Virus record (IMG/VR): IMGVR_UViG_2788500588_000003
Strand: one strand, 5' to 3'
DNA length: 64,000 nt
Source: an uncultured virus (IMG/VR IMGVR_UViG_2788500588_000003)
Lineage: Duplodnaviria; Heunggongvirae; Uroviricota; Caudoviricetes
Of this stretch, positions 1 to 9,840 are shown in pieces (position 1 is the first letter of the stretch; each line of letters begins with the position of its first letter). A model generated the notes under the pieces. The model was not told the origin of the DNA, made no database searches, and worked only from the letters and a program-made list of their open reading frames with translations. Both the position numbers and the translations under genes were made by a program.

Positions 1-555
1 ATGACAGTAGCAGTAAAAAATTTTAGTAGTATTATGAATCAAATGAGAGATGCTTATACGGGAGAGCAAACCAATGAATTTTCTTTAGCAGCGTTCATTG
101 GACTTCAAGCTCCTTCATTATCAGACGCACCTGATGAATTACAAAAACTAACACAAGAATATCAGGAGAACGTTAATAGTTTTTATGTGCAAGAAGAATT
201 AGACTTAAAAGAAAATGTTAAGCAGTTAGAGAATGATAAAAATCAAACAGCTTTTTTTGAAAATATGCGGAAGAAAAAAGAGGAAGCTTTAAAAAAATCC
301 GAAGACATGATCAATAAATACTATGATTCGTTGATAGATTTTGGTGAAGAGCATCCTGCAGCTCAAACACTCATCCTTACTATTGCTGATAAAGTCGGTG
401 CCTTTATACAAGATATTATGGATAAAGTTTTAAATGTTTTTGTTACTGTTGTGGAAACTGTAAAAAATGCAATAAGTGCTGCTATTAATTTCATTTCCTC
501 TACTTTTAATTCAATTGTTAGCACTACGAAAAATTTCTTTTCTAGTTTATTTTAA
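1..555 (+). CDS. Hypothetical helical protein with amphipathic C-terminus
   Basis: 184-aa ORF: coiled-coil-like N-half, amphipathic C-terminal helix, hairpin terminator at ~566-596; start lies at the window edge. Confidence 0.6.
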   Translation: MTVAVKNFSSIMNQMRDAYTGEQTNEFSLAAFIGLQAPSLSDAPDELQKLTQEYQENVNSFYVQEELDLKENVKQLENDKNQTAFFENMRKKKEEALKKSEDMINKYYDSLIDFGEEHPAAQTLILTIADKVGAFIQDIMDKVLNVFVTVVETVKNAISAAINFISSTFNSIVSTTKNFFSSLF

Positions 556-753
556 AAACATTCTTAGCAGGACTGTCTCTGGACAGTCTTGTTTTATATT
601 TAATACACTATGTATCGTAAAGTATCACCTCAGCAACCTTTCCTAAAGATAAAATAGGAGTGAAAGTGATGAGGAGCACCTTCACTCCTGCTTATTCCTT
701 TAAATTATGCAATTCACTAAAATCGCTTCATTTGAAGTAAGGGAATATTAAAC

Positions 754-801
754 AAAAAAAGCCCAGGTACTCACTTTCAAATGAGTACTTGGGCTTTAAA
801 A
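754..801 (-). terminator. Intrinsic terminator after endolysin
   Basis: AAAGCCCAGGTACTCA-loop-TGAGTACTTGGGCTTT inverted repeat next to an A/T tract. Confidence 0.75.
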
Positions 802-807
802 TTACAA

Positions 808-1509
808 TTATTTTACTTCATACAATTTTGTTGTTTTGCTCTCATTGTTATAAACGAGTTTTAACCCTAAAAGATCGGCTAGCTCTCGTACTTGAACGTG
901 TGTCCTACCATCTATAATCACTGCCGGAATAGTTTTTGTATCATTAAGCATAACTTTCGCTTCTGTAATTTGCGTCACTTTTACTTCCTCCAAACCATTT
1001 AAAATGTGTAGCTTGAATTGCGCCTCGGTAATCCCCATACTCGCTAAATACGAATACGGATCTCTATGTGTTGTGCCTTTAAGATTATCTGTAATCCATC
1101 GATGTGACTTAATACCGTTGCCTGCTCCATCCAATACAACAGGTATTCCAGCCTCTTTAGCAAGTTCACGTAACAACCAAATATAAGCAGCATAGTCCTT
1201 TTTAAATTGTTCTTTATCTGCTGTCCTCGCTAATTCAACTTGTGCATAGCTAAGTGGATTACCTTTTGGACCACAACCATACTGTAATCTGCCAACTGGC
1301 GCAATTTGCACGATACGTCCTCCTCCACCTACCCAGTGAGACGTAAAAGCATTAGCTTTATTACGGTTCATATAAACAATTTCATTTTCTAAAGCATTTG
1401 GACCTGTGTTATTAATATTACCTGATTCATGGGCAATGACATATTTTACTGCCGTTAAAGCCTTATTAGGTAGTCCTGACATTAAGCGTTTTTCAATTGT
1501 GGATGTCAT
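808..1509 (-). CDS. N-acetylmuramoyl-L-alanine amidase endolysin (Amidase_2)
   Basis: IAHES, AFTSHWV, YAQVEL and HRDP motifs; C-terminal cell-binding module. Confidence 0.9.
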   Translation of the reverse strand: MTSTIEKRLMSGLPNKALTAVKYVIAHESGNINNTGPNALENEIVYMNRNKANAFTSHWVGGGGRIVQIAPVGRLQYGCGPKGNPLSYAQVELARTADKEQFKKDYAAYIWLLRELAKEAGIPVVLDGAGNGIKSHRWITDNLKGTTHRDPYSYLASMGITEAQFKLHILNGLEEVKVTQITEAKVMLNDTKTIPAVIIDGRTHVQVRELADLLGLKLVYNNESKTTKLYEVK

Positions 1510-1763
1510 TTCACACCATCCTTTTTGTTATATCCCATCGCTCTTTCGCTATCATTTAGTCCTGGCGTTGTTGGATCACTCACTACGCCAAGTAAAACTA
1601 ACAAGGCAAGCACAGTATTGAAGATATCTGTTACTTGTTCATTGTAAATCGTTGTATTATACCCAAAAAGCGCTCCGATTTGTTGAATTAATAACAGTAA
1701 TAACGAAAATGTCCCAAAAAGAAATGGCTTGTGTTTTAGACGTATTTTCCAGTTAATTTTCAT
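1506..1763 (-). CDS. Phage holin (phi LC3 family)
   Basis: MKINWKIRLK...LGVVSDPTTPGLNDSERA signature, 2 TM segments. Confidence 0.9.
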   Translation of the reverse strand: MKINWKIRLKHKPFLFGTFSLLLLLIQQIGALFGYNTTIYNEQVTDIFNTVLALLVLLGVVSDPTTPGLNDSERAMGYNKKDGVK

Positions 1764-1764
1764 T

Positions 1765-1965
1765 TTAAATCGTTCCTCCTTTTATAATATAGGTCAACAA
1801 TGCTCCCACTAGTCCACCAATAACTAATCTTAAAATCCAAGTTGTATTATCTTTAATTCCACCAATATCTTCTCTAATTTCCCTGATATTTGATTCAGCA
1901 ACGGCTAAGCGAGTTTTCACATCATTCATATCATGTTCTAACTTCCCAATACGTTGTTCATCCAT
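1765..1965 (-). CDS. XhlA-like lysis accessory protein
   Basis: Coiled coil followed by TWILRLVIGGLVGALL TM segment; likely start MDEQ at 1965 after GAGGTG. Confidence 0.8.
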   Translation of the reverse strand: MDEQRIGKLEHDMNDVKTRLAVAESNIREIREDIGGIKDNTTWILRLVIGGLVGALLTYIIKGGTI

Positions 1966-2029
1966 TAGTTCACCTCGGAAATCAATATAAAAGCCCTCAC
2001 ATCTACCTGTGAAGGCATAAAAAATAACG

Positions 2030-2197
2030 CTAAGCCTCTGCTTGCGTTTTCTGTTCATCCATTACAGTTAGTAACCCTGTATATTCATCATCTTTCAATT
2101 GGTTATTAGCATAAAAAACATTCACCTTATTTAACATAGCCTCATACTCATAACGTTTGCGATCAATTAAAAATTTACATAGTTCATAGACTGACAT
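2030..2197 (-). CDS. Small tail-associated protein (XkdX-like position), 55 aa
   Basis: Hand translation MSVYELCKFLIDRKRYEYEAMLNKVNVFYANNQLKDDEYTGLL..., GGAGG RBS; below the ORF-track cutoff. Confidence 0.7.
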   Translation of the reverse strand: MSVYELCKFLIDRKRYEYEAMLNKVNVFYANNQLKDDEYTGLLTVMDEQKTQAEA

Positions 2198-2198
2198 T

Positions 2199-2480
2199 CT
2201 ACATTCCTCCTAATAATTCACTTCTTGAAACTAGATATTCTGTATTAAGTAATGTTTTGGCCTGCATTTCCTCTAAAGTTGGTGTTGGTTCTATTGGTGT
2301 TGGCTCAGGTACAACTGGTGCAGTAAAATCCCTTGTTTCCTCGTCGTAGTCCCAGCCCTCTTGTATCTCTGGTTTGTCTGTAATGTCAATAATGACAATA
2401 TCAGGCGCAAACTCTGGAACTGTCTCTGCTTCAAAAATCCAATGCGCTTTGCCCCATAATATTTGTGCGTATCGTTTCAT
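2199..2480 (-). CDS. Putative tail fibre assembly protein
   Basis: MKRYAQI...EGWDYD...FTAP motif, position after fibre genes. Confidence 0.7.
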   Translation of the reverse strand: MKRYAQILWGKAHWIFEAETVPEFAPDIVIIDITDKPEIQEGWDYDEETRDFTAPVVPEPTPIEPTPTLEEMQAKTLLNTEYLVSRSELLGGM

Positions 2481-2481
2481 G

Positions 2482-3117
2482 TTATTCCCACCATTTCACT
2501 GTTAGTATTCCATCTCCGCCTTTGCCTCCAATGTAGCCACCAGCATTGCCGCCGTTACCACCAATACCAATAGTTACCGCTATACTTGCCAAAGGCGTCA
2601 CTGATACTTTGTGGTCGTATACAAAATGACCGCCACCGCCGCCCGTGGCTACTGATGTGTTATTAGATGCCGCGGCACCCCCTCCACCAGAACAATAGCA
2701 ACCATTTTTTGGGGCTGCGCTTGTATACTGTGTGCCGTACCCGCCGTGGTAGGGTCCACTATTCCCGCCGTTACCTACCCCAAAAGCCGCAGTTACGTAA
2801 CCGTTATAAGGTCCTTGACCACTTTGACCGCCAGGACCACCAGCAAGACCTCCTGCTACGTTACCCCAATCGCCAGAAATACCACCGCCACCGCCATTCA
2901 GCGATAATAACGTACCGAACGAAGTTACTCCACCAGCACTTCCACTTGCCGCGATTCCCGAAGTACCTGTACTAGCACCACCGCCACCACCTGCTCCGCC
3001 GCCTGTTAGGTACACTTCAGTTACGCCTGCGGGTACTGTAAACGTGCCGCTTGCGGTAAATGTTTGTGACTTCATTACCTTGCCGCCACCTAAATATGTT
3101 TTCACACCTGTTGTCAT
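2482..3117 (-). CDS. Glycine-rich tail fibre / receptor-binding protein
   Basis: FTASGTFTVPAGVT...GGGGG...GGDGILTVKW glycine-rich domain. Confidence 0.8.
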   Translation of the reverse strand: MTTGVKTYLGGGKVMKSQTFTASGTFTVPAGVTEVYLTGGGAGGGGGASTGTSGIAASGSAGGVTSFGTLLSLNGGGGGISGDWGNVAGGLAGGPGGQSGQGPYNGYVTAAFGVGNGGNSGPYHGGYGTQYTSAAPKNGCYCSGGGGAAASNNTSVATGGGGGHFVYDHKVSVTPLASIAVTIGIGGNGGNAGGYIGGKGGDGILTVKWWE

Positions 3118-5792
3118 GTAATCACATCCTCGTCAATGATAATGTATAGTCCGCCTTCGTCTTTACCGAAACGGAAACTTGGGCTATTTTGCATATTTGA
3201 TGCTTGTGCTCCTAACTTTGCTGCTGTAGTAACAAGCGATTGTATAACACCGCCTAATTTGTCTGCATATTCAATTGTTATAGCGTTCGTTGGTACTGAT
3301 ACTCGGTACGGCTCCAGTGGTTGGTAAGTCACTGTGTACACTGCAGCTGGGTCGAAAAGATCGGCTTCGAGTAATGCCCGTACAGACCCTGCAATGGCTA
3401 CGTACTCGATTTTCCAGGCGTAGTCAGGTTTTCCGTTTTTGTAGACCTGTAGAATGTTAGCAGTATTGTAAGCTAGTGAGCTTTGTGTCCGTGTATTGAT
3501 CTCGTAACGATTGTACACGGTGCCATCTGGCGTTGTCGTTTTGTAATGGTACGGCTTCGTTACTTCACGTACGATACGCCCCTCGCTAACGACTAGCATG
3601 TTTTCGCCTTCGTCTAGTGTTAGGCTTCCAGCTGTGGCTACGACCTCTGATACAGGCGTTTTGAGTAAGTAACATAGCTTGTAAGGTTGCCAGCTTGCTT
3701 TGTTGTTAGCAAATGTTGTAGGTGCTGTGCTAACTGTTCGGTAGGCAGAATCAAATGTATCGTTTACACGGGAAATAGGGTACCAATACTTATTGCCCTT
3801 CGCGGTTTCATACAGTTCATTTCTGCCGCCAGCTCCGTCCGCGTACATTTTCCAGCCCATGAAGTACGCCTTAATTTCGGCGGGTGTCGGTTGGTAGGTA
3901 GGTCCCCAGCCACTTTCTGTGTCCGCTATGGAGATTCGCAGTTCGCCGCCGTCAACGGTAGCTATACGTGAGTCTAGATAAAAGGTATCATTGCCGCTAT
4001 TACCTGTAGTGTAGTTAAGTTGCTTACAAACAGCACCATTAAACTTAATTAAGGTAGCAGGTATGTCGTTACCTACTAGCCCCAGGGCAATGTCTACGAG
4101 GTGTAGCCCTGTTTGTATACCGATATATCTAGCGTTGACGTCCCCCAGCTCTATCGTTTCGTATTTCTTCGTTTTGACTAGTTGCCCCGCCACGTCGACT
4201 TTTAACGACTCGCCTGTATGCAAAGTCGTTTTCACGGTCAATGCTTCGCGTACCTGTGGCTTGTACGCAGCTGGTGTTGAGCCTTTGACCATCATAGGAC
4301 TAGATACATAGCCACCCGCAGTTGTCATAAATACAATACGAATAAAGTTAATCCCTGCGGGTACCGTAAACGTACAGTTCATGTTCCCATTTTGTACCGT
4401 GCTTTCCTCGAATAAAGTTGTAAGTTGATCGGCGTCTAAATGGCTGCCCTTGTTGGTCGTGATCTTTACCTGGGCGTTACGTATACAAGAAAACGTGTAT
4501 TTTGTACCAGGCACGACGGGTACAAGTACGCGGGGGTTTGAGGTAGCTTCCCATGACGTCACTGTATGGTCGATCACTGTTAAATACATCCAACCAGGTA
4601 CGTGAACTGCACCGCCCATGTGGAACGCAGGTATCAAGTTATCGCGAATGTTTTCTATTGTCGGGTTTGTAATACCCTGCATATTTGCGACAAAGGGTAG
4701 GGCTGTATTACCTTCGTTAATCTGTACATTTTCTGCTGTAAATGTGCCTGTTTTACGCCCAGTATCAGGTTCTAAAATCGAAAGTGCTATTTTTATAATG
4801 GACGTGTCTGTTGGTACTGTGAATGATTGGGACACGCCGTTGATATACACAGGTACACGTGAATGAAGCCCGTTCGCTGTGTAATAGTCAATATACGCAT
4901 TAAATGTACTAATCATAGACATGATGTATGTCTTACCTGGTACAAGACCCGTAATATAGGACCATGCAGTAGCAATCGGCTTTGTAATATCGTTCACTGT
5001 AACCGACAACTTGTTCGGTCGTACAACCATTATCGTTGTCGTTGCTGTGTTCTCTGTTAACACCCATGTACCACCATCGAATAACGGGGCATAGTTGGTA
5101 ATCGTACGACCTTCTAGCCCTACCACAGAGCAAAGGGTTTTGACAGGTGCATTAATTTCATTCGCTCCACGCTCTATAACTTCAGAAATGGGCTCATGAA
5201 AACCCAAACTTTCCACTATATCATTTAATTCATGTTGAATTTCATTAACTGCACCAACCGTATCCTTTTTATAATCTGTTTCCAGCTTACTTGTATCACC
5301 AATTCGTGAATCGAGATAGTTAAACTTTTTGTCTACATACTCCTGACTAGCAATAATTACAGTTGGATCAATATTTAACTTAACAACATTAGCGTTATTT
5401 GTTTCGATAACAAAATGAATTATGGTTTCTTCTGCCACACCCTCAATTAATTGTGGTTTGTATTTTTCAGGATATTGGCCAACTGCAATCAAAAATCCTT
5501 CGTTATCAAATACGCCAATTTCACGTATAGTAAATCCTCCAACGGTTACTGGAATAACTGCCTTAACAGTAATCCTGTTATTATTTTTCGTATCAATTGA
5601 TACGTCTGCAACAGGACCCCTCCAAACTTCATTAACTAGAGCAGTTTGGTTTTGTGTGGGTACATAATGTGCACCGTTTCCATCACCTAGTGCGATATTT
5701 TCTAAACCTACTTTCGACTGGGTGACTTGTGCATTTGCTATTTTAGCCAGCCCGATATTGGTTATTAGTGTTCCATATTGTGCTTGAGCCAC
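3114..5792 (-). CDS. Tail fibre protein (tail-collar N-terminus, carbohydrate-binding-like C-terminal domains)
   Basis: N-terminal TNIGLAKIA...VGGFTIREIGVFD motif; 892 aa. Confidence 0.85.
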   Translation of the reverse strand: MAQAQYGTLITNIGLAKIANAQVTQSKVGLENIALGDGNGAHYVPTQNQTALVNEVWRGPVADVSIDTKNNNRITVKAVIPVTVGGFTIREIGVFDNEGFLIAVGQYPEKYKPQLIEGVAEETIIHFVIETNNANVVKLNIDPTVIIASQEYVDKKFNYLDSRIGDTSKLETDYKKDTVGAVNEIQHELNDIVESLGFHEPISEVIERGANEINAPVKTLCSVVGLEGRTITNYAPLFDGGTWVLTENTATTTIMVVRPNKLSVTVNDITKPIATAWSYITGLVPGKTYIMSMISTFNAYIDYYTANGLHSRVPVYINGVSQSFTVPTDTSIIKIALSILEPDTGRKTGTFTAENVQINEGNTALPFVANMQGITNPTIENIRDNLIPAFHMGGAVHVPGWMYLTVIDHTVTSWEATSNPRVLVPVVPGTKYTFSCIRNAQVKITTNKGSHLDADQLTTLFEESTVQNGNMNCTFTVPAGINFIRIVFMTTAGGYVSSPMMVKGSTPAAYKPQVREALTVKTTLHTGESLKVDVAGQLVKTKKYETIELGDVNARYIGIQTGLHLVDIALGLVGNDIPATLIKFNGAVCKQLNYTTGNSGNDTFYLDSRIATVDGGELRISIADTESGWGPTYQPTPAEIKAYFMGWKMYADGAGGRNELYETAKGNKYWYPISRVNDTFDSAYRTVSTAPTTFANNKASWQPYKLCYLLKTPVSEVVATAGSLTLDEGENMLVVSEGRIVREVTKPYHYKTTTPDGTVYNRYEINTRTQSSLAYNTANILQVYKNGKPDYAWKIEYVAIAGSVRALLEADLFDPAAVYTVTYQPLEPYRVSVPTNAITIEYADKLGGVIQSLVTTAAKLGAQASNMQNSPSFRFGKDEGGLYIIIDEDVIT

Positions 5793-5807
5793 AATATCAC
5801 TCCTTTC

Positions 5808-6419
5808 TTAAAATGGTGTAAGAGTAATTGTAGATGCTGTTTGAACACCTACTAAACTATTACTTTGTGTATAAGATTCTAGATTATCGATATTCATTGG
5901 GTATAAAGTTATCTCTGAACCTGTTGAGAGGTAACTTGGCAAGAATAAATTTGTCATCAAACGTCTTGCAACTTTTAAATCCATATTTAATGGAATAATC
6001 TGTTCAAGTGTTAAATCAATTTCTCTATTTAAAGTGGCATCCGTCGCATCAAAAACAAAAGTGGTTGTACAAATTTCAGCATCTAAATATTCTTCAAAAT
6101 TTGAATGCCCTACTAGTTCTGTTAGTATCTCGTGGACCTTTCTTTGAGTAATTGGTAACCTCGTTGACTGTCTTACAATTAATCGTCGTCTACGGAAATC
6201 TAATGACTCTGTTGAAGGATCGGCAAGAATATCATATCCTCGCTCACGCATTCGTAAGAACTTTTCACTGGCTGTCATAATAAATTGTTCTATTTCTACT
6301 TGTTTACGTGCGACATCCAAGTTGTCTAATTCAACGGCTACTGTCTCTGTAAGTTCATCTGTTTCTTTAATGCCATCATAAATATCTGGCAAATTTCGTG
6401 CGACTCGATTATCAAGCAT
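5808..6419 (-). CDS. xkdU: Baseplate protein XkdU-like (DUF2313)
   Basis: ESLDFRRRRL and IIPLNM motifs; follows baseplate J. Confidence 0.8.
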   Translation of the reverse strand: MLDNRVARNLPDIYDGIKETDELTETVAVELDNLDVARKQVEIEQFIMTASEKFLRMRERGYDILADPSTESLDFRRRRLIVRQSTRLPITQRKVHEILTELVGHSNFEEYLDAEICTTTFVFDATDATLNREIDLTLEQIIPLNMDLKVARRLMTNLFLPSYLSTGSEITLYPMNIDNLESYTQSNSLVGVQTASTITLTPF

Positions 6420-7470
6420 CCAAAATCACCGTCCCAAGTACAGGAACTTGATTGTGAGCTAAATTGAAATTACTATCTTGTCCATTAATTGTTGATTCCA
6501 ATACATCGCTAATTCCAACAATATCTAACAATCTAGATTCGATTTGTAGCTGCCTAACAATTATAAAATTTGCATTTTGCCAATCTTTTCTGAGTGAAAA
6601 GAAATAATCTCTAATTGCATCTTCCACCTCATTTTGAAGTTGCCCTATTGTCACATTGGTGATGACTAATTTTAAATAAATATCAGTAGTAACTGTTTCA
6701 ATTCCACTCACCGTTACCCGATGACCATATGGAGCAACTCCTAGCCCTTCTCCACTATTCACAACTGGATCTAATATCGTTTGCACTTCCTCAATTAATG
6801 AAGCTGTTGGAGGGTTAAAATCTGAATTAATAATGGTTATTCCGACTGTACCTCCACCTGCTGGAGTACGATATGGCTTAACACCTCCAACACCATGAAT
6901 GCTCATAACTTTTTGGATATAATCATCCCGATTGCCTCCATACGGTATTTGCTTTCGAGTGAGGAAAAAACGTCTACGGAAATCCTCCGTAGGTTCTTCA
7001 TCTTCACCAGGTATGAATAGCTCTGTTAGTTCTGCTGTCTCAAGACCATCAATGTATTCAATTGGAATTAAGGCACCGAACTGTGTATTACCGATCACGC
7101 CTGTTGTCTCGCATTGCATTTCATAAACACCTGGAGCAATTCGCTGGATGGCTATATAATCTAATTCACCAAGTGAAAATCGAGACCCAATAGGAATATC
7201 TTTGCTGAACACACCTTTCAATATGGCATTGGTTGCTTTATAAGGATAGACACCGTATTCTTCTGCTCTTTTTATTAAATTTGGACGGGATGCTGTTTCA
7301 GGAAATGTCTCTAAAATAATACTGTCTAACGCTATATACATCTCTTGAAGTTCTTTCGCTGTCATTGCTCCTGTATCATAGATAATGGCACCTTCCCGTT
7401 TATCTACATCATTACTGATTCGCTCTAACATACGTTCAACAATCACTTCATAGCTTTGATGCTCAAACAT
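6412..7470 (-). CDS. xkdT: Baseplate J/gp47 family protein
   Basis: DKREGAIIYD, PGEDEE, GGNRDDY and GVAPYGHRVTV motifs. Confidence 0.9.
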   Translation of the reverse strand: MFEHQSYEVIVERMLERISNDVDKREGAIIYDTGAMTAKELQEMYIALDSIILETFPETASRPNLIKRAEEYGVYPYKATNAILKGVFSKDIPIGSRFSLGELDYIAIQRIAPGVYEMQCETTGVIGNTQFGALIPIEYIDGLETAELTELFIPGEDEEPTEDFRRRFFLTRKQIPYGGNRDDYIQKVMSIHGVGGVKPYRTPAGGGTVGITIINSDFNPPTASLIEEVQTILDPVVNSGEGLGVAPYGHRVTVSGIETVTTDIYLKLVITNVTIGQLQNEVEDAIRDYFFSLRKDWQNANFIIVRQLQIESRLLDIVGISDVLESTINGQDSNFNLAHNQVPVLGTVILDA

Positions 7471-7883
7471 TATGCAACCACCACCTCTTTTGTAACTTCA
7501 ATTTCTCCCACAATCGTATGAGCTGTTAATTGAACATGTACTTTATGCTTCACATGACTAAAAGAAAAAGCATCAACACTATGAATGCGATCATCTTGTG
7601 TTAATGCTTCTGTTATCAAACTTTTTAGTTCGCTATACACATAGGGTATAGGCTGGCCGAACAGTTTTGCTATTTCAGCACCGTAATTCCATGAATAAAT
7701 TAAATGGTCATAGCGCTCTGTACTTAACGCTTTATATATAGCCTGTTCAATGGCTTCTCGTCCATCTGCATAGCCGATAATGCGCTTTCGTTCTAAATCC
7801 AGTTTGTAGGTACGAGAGGGTTGAACCATTTCCTCAAAATCTGCTGTTAATTCTTCTTCAAATCCATTTTGTGGAATCATCAA
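7470..7883 (-). CDS. xkdS: XkdS-like baseplate wedge protein (DUF2634)
   Basis: TERYDHLIYSWNYG...ITEALTQDDRI. Confidence 0.85.
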   Translation of the reverse strand: MMIPQNGFEEELTADFEEMVQPSRTYKLDLERKRIIGYADGREAIEQAIYKALSTERYDHLIYSWNYGAEIAKLFGQPIPYVYSELKSLITEALTQDDRIHSVDAFSFSHVKHKVHVQLTAHTIVGEIEVTKEVVVA

Positions 7884-8218
7884 ACCACCTCTTTATCTAT
7901 GATTAAAAATTGTTGTCCTCCATGAACACGGAACATCGTCACTTTGTCACCTTGTTTTAGGCCGTTATAAACTTTATAAATCTGCTTAGTTCCACCATTC
8001 ACACTCATTTCTACCTCATGATCCATTACAGCGCGAGTTAGTTTTAGGTGTTCCTCTCTAAGTGTCAACTTTTGATCAATTTGGACTTCTAATGGGTTTA
8101 TACTTAAAACAGTGCCATAAACAACCGTAGTGAGCTTTTGAGCATTGATAACACCCAAAACTAGCTTTTGGATTTCTTTTAATATGTCCTCCATACTATG
8201 CAATGAAATCACCACCAA
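7880..8218 (-). CDS. xkdR: XkdR-like spike protein (DUF2577)
   Basis: GTVLSINPL...LKQGDKV...GGQQFLIIDK. Confidence 0.85.
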   Translation of the reverse strand: MVVISLHSMEDILKEIQKLVLGVINAQKLTTVVYGTVLSINPLEVQIDQKLTLREEHLKLTRAVMDHEVEMSVNGGTKQIYKVYNGLKQGDKVTMFRVHGGQQFLIIDKEVV

Positions 8219-9158
8219 TCAATTTTAAATCCATGCGATGATCAGACTCTTTGAAGGTATGCCTCACTGTTTCAACCATCATGAAGTTGGCCACAGTTAA
8301 GTCTCCAACGTACAACTGAACAGCTACTTGACTACCACCTCGTATAATTGGATTTCCAAATACTTTATTGATGTGTAACTTTCGTGTTTTTTGGTTATAA
8401 AGCTTTAACATCCCATCAGCTTTAGCTTTGCCGTTATCCTTTTCTCCAAGGCTATCAGTTAGCTGAAGTACACCCCATTGATTAATATGGCTTCCATCTT
8501 TAACGATGTAGACATCACGCCTACCTGTCTTTTTATTCTCGCGTACTAATTTAATTTTGTTGTACGTATTTTCGTCAATGGATGTCGTGTATTCAAATGA
8601 CTCACCTGATTCTTGATCTATCAGCAAATCTGTTTTAAGTGTCCTAGCTTCACGTAAATTCAAAACTCCGAAGTCATCATACAGTACATATAACCTTTTA
8701 GTATTGAGCGTTGTTTCAGCTAATGCATTTGCCATGATGGTAAAAAGCTCTTGGTTATCCTCGACCATAGCAGGGATAACATGCTTTGTATTATCTACCG
8801 TGCCAGTCTTTAACCGAAAGTCTTTTGCAATCATTTGAAGTACTTGGGCAGCCGTCTTTTTGGAATACTCATACGTGTTTTTATTTTTAAAGTAGCGCAG
8901 CTGATCGTAGCAAGTAACAGTTATAACCCTATTATTTGTACGCTTCTTGGTAAAAACAAATCCGTAAAATATCTTATGACCATCATATTTGAAACGAACT
9001 TCATCACCCTCATGAAAACTAAGTACATCATCTTTAATCACATTGAACGTTAATTTACCTGGTGTACCTTTCCGGTGTGTTTCCCATACAATTCCTTCCT
9101 CTACAGCACATTCATACAGTTGCCCTTTACTCGATATATACAATTGTGATTTAGCCAA
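8196..9158 (-). CDS. xkdQ: XkdQ-like baseplate hub protein
   Basis: PGKLTF, YDQLRYFKNK, YVLYDDFG and SIDENTYNKIKL motifs. Confidence 0.85.
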   Translation of the reverse strand: MAKSQLYISSKGQLYECAVEEGIVWETHRKGTPGKLTFNVIKDDVLSFHEGDEVRFKYDGHKIFYGFVFTKKRTNNRVITVTCYDQLRYFKNKNTYEYSKKTAAQVLQMIAKDFRLKTGTVDNTKHVIPAMVEDNQELFTIMANALAETTLNTKRLYVLYDDFGVLNLREARTLKTDLLIDQESGESFEYTTSIDENTYNKIKLVRENKKTGRRDVYIVKDGSHINQWGVLQLTDSLGEKDNGKAKADGMLKLYNQKTRKLHINKVFGNPIIRGGSQVAVQLYVGDLTVANFMMVETVRHTFKESDHRMDLKLIGGDFIA

Positions 9159-9840
9159 GTTTTATCACCTGCCCTGCTCTAATAACGTTAGGATTGCTGA
9201 TATTATTGATTTTTGCTAATTCAGTGTATTTAGAGCCATCACCTAAATACTTCTTAGCAATGGCCCACAATGTTTCGCCTGATTTTACAGTATGTGTTTT
9301 TGGTGTTTCTTTGCCTGTTGTTGGCCTTTTCTGCTCTACTACAGCTTTAGTTGCCGTCTTGGATGTAGATGTACTACTATCGGTTTTTGTAGCAGCTTTC
9401 AAATTGATTTTTTTATTACCATAATCTCGATACTGCTTTAACTGGATTCGTACATTGACATCAAAGCCGTTTTCAGCAGATTCTAGTATTTCATAATCTT
9501 CAAGTGTCACGATCATATCGGTGTCAAAAAGTAGATTGCCATTTGGCATCATACGATTAACTACAAACTTAAAGGGTTTGTCGGAGTTTTTTAATTTCTT
9601 TAGTTTATCCAGATAAAATGCCGCTGGTTGAAAACTACTCGGATAAACAGAAAACGGATATTTGACGTTAGGCAGTAATACCTCAAAATCTATATTCGTT
9701 AGCCCAGTTTTTTTTATGACATTTACTTCTCCTTCATTCATTAACACAGTAGTTTCGTTTCTTCCATTAATCTTCAGAGATAGTTCAGAAGGTGCAATAG
9801 GAAACTGTATACTGTCTAGAAAAAAATTATACATCTTCAA
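9151..9840 (-). CDS. xkdP: XkdP-like LysM tail tube initiator
   Basis: C-terminal LysM (HTVKSGETLWAIAKKYLG...NPNVIRAGQ). Confidence 0.9.
   Translation of the reverse strand: MKMYNFFLDSIQFPIAPSELSLKINGRNETTVLMNEGEVNVIKKTGLTNIDFEVLLPNVKYPFSVYPSSFQPAAFYLDKLKKLKNSDKPFKFVVNRMMPNGNLLFDTDMIVTLEDYEILESAENGFDVNVRIQLKQYRDYGNKKINLKAATKTDSSTSTSKTATKAVVEQKRPTTGKETPKTHTVKSGETLWAIAKKYLGDGSKYTELAKINNISNPNVIRAGQVIKLG

Noticed and set aside
1966..2058. N-terminal extension of the XhlA-like ORF
   Set aside because: Runs through terminators; the RBS supports the start at 1965
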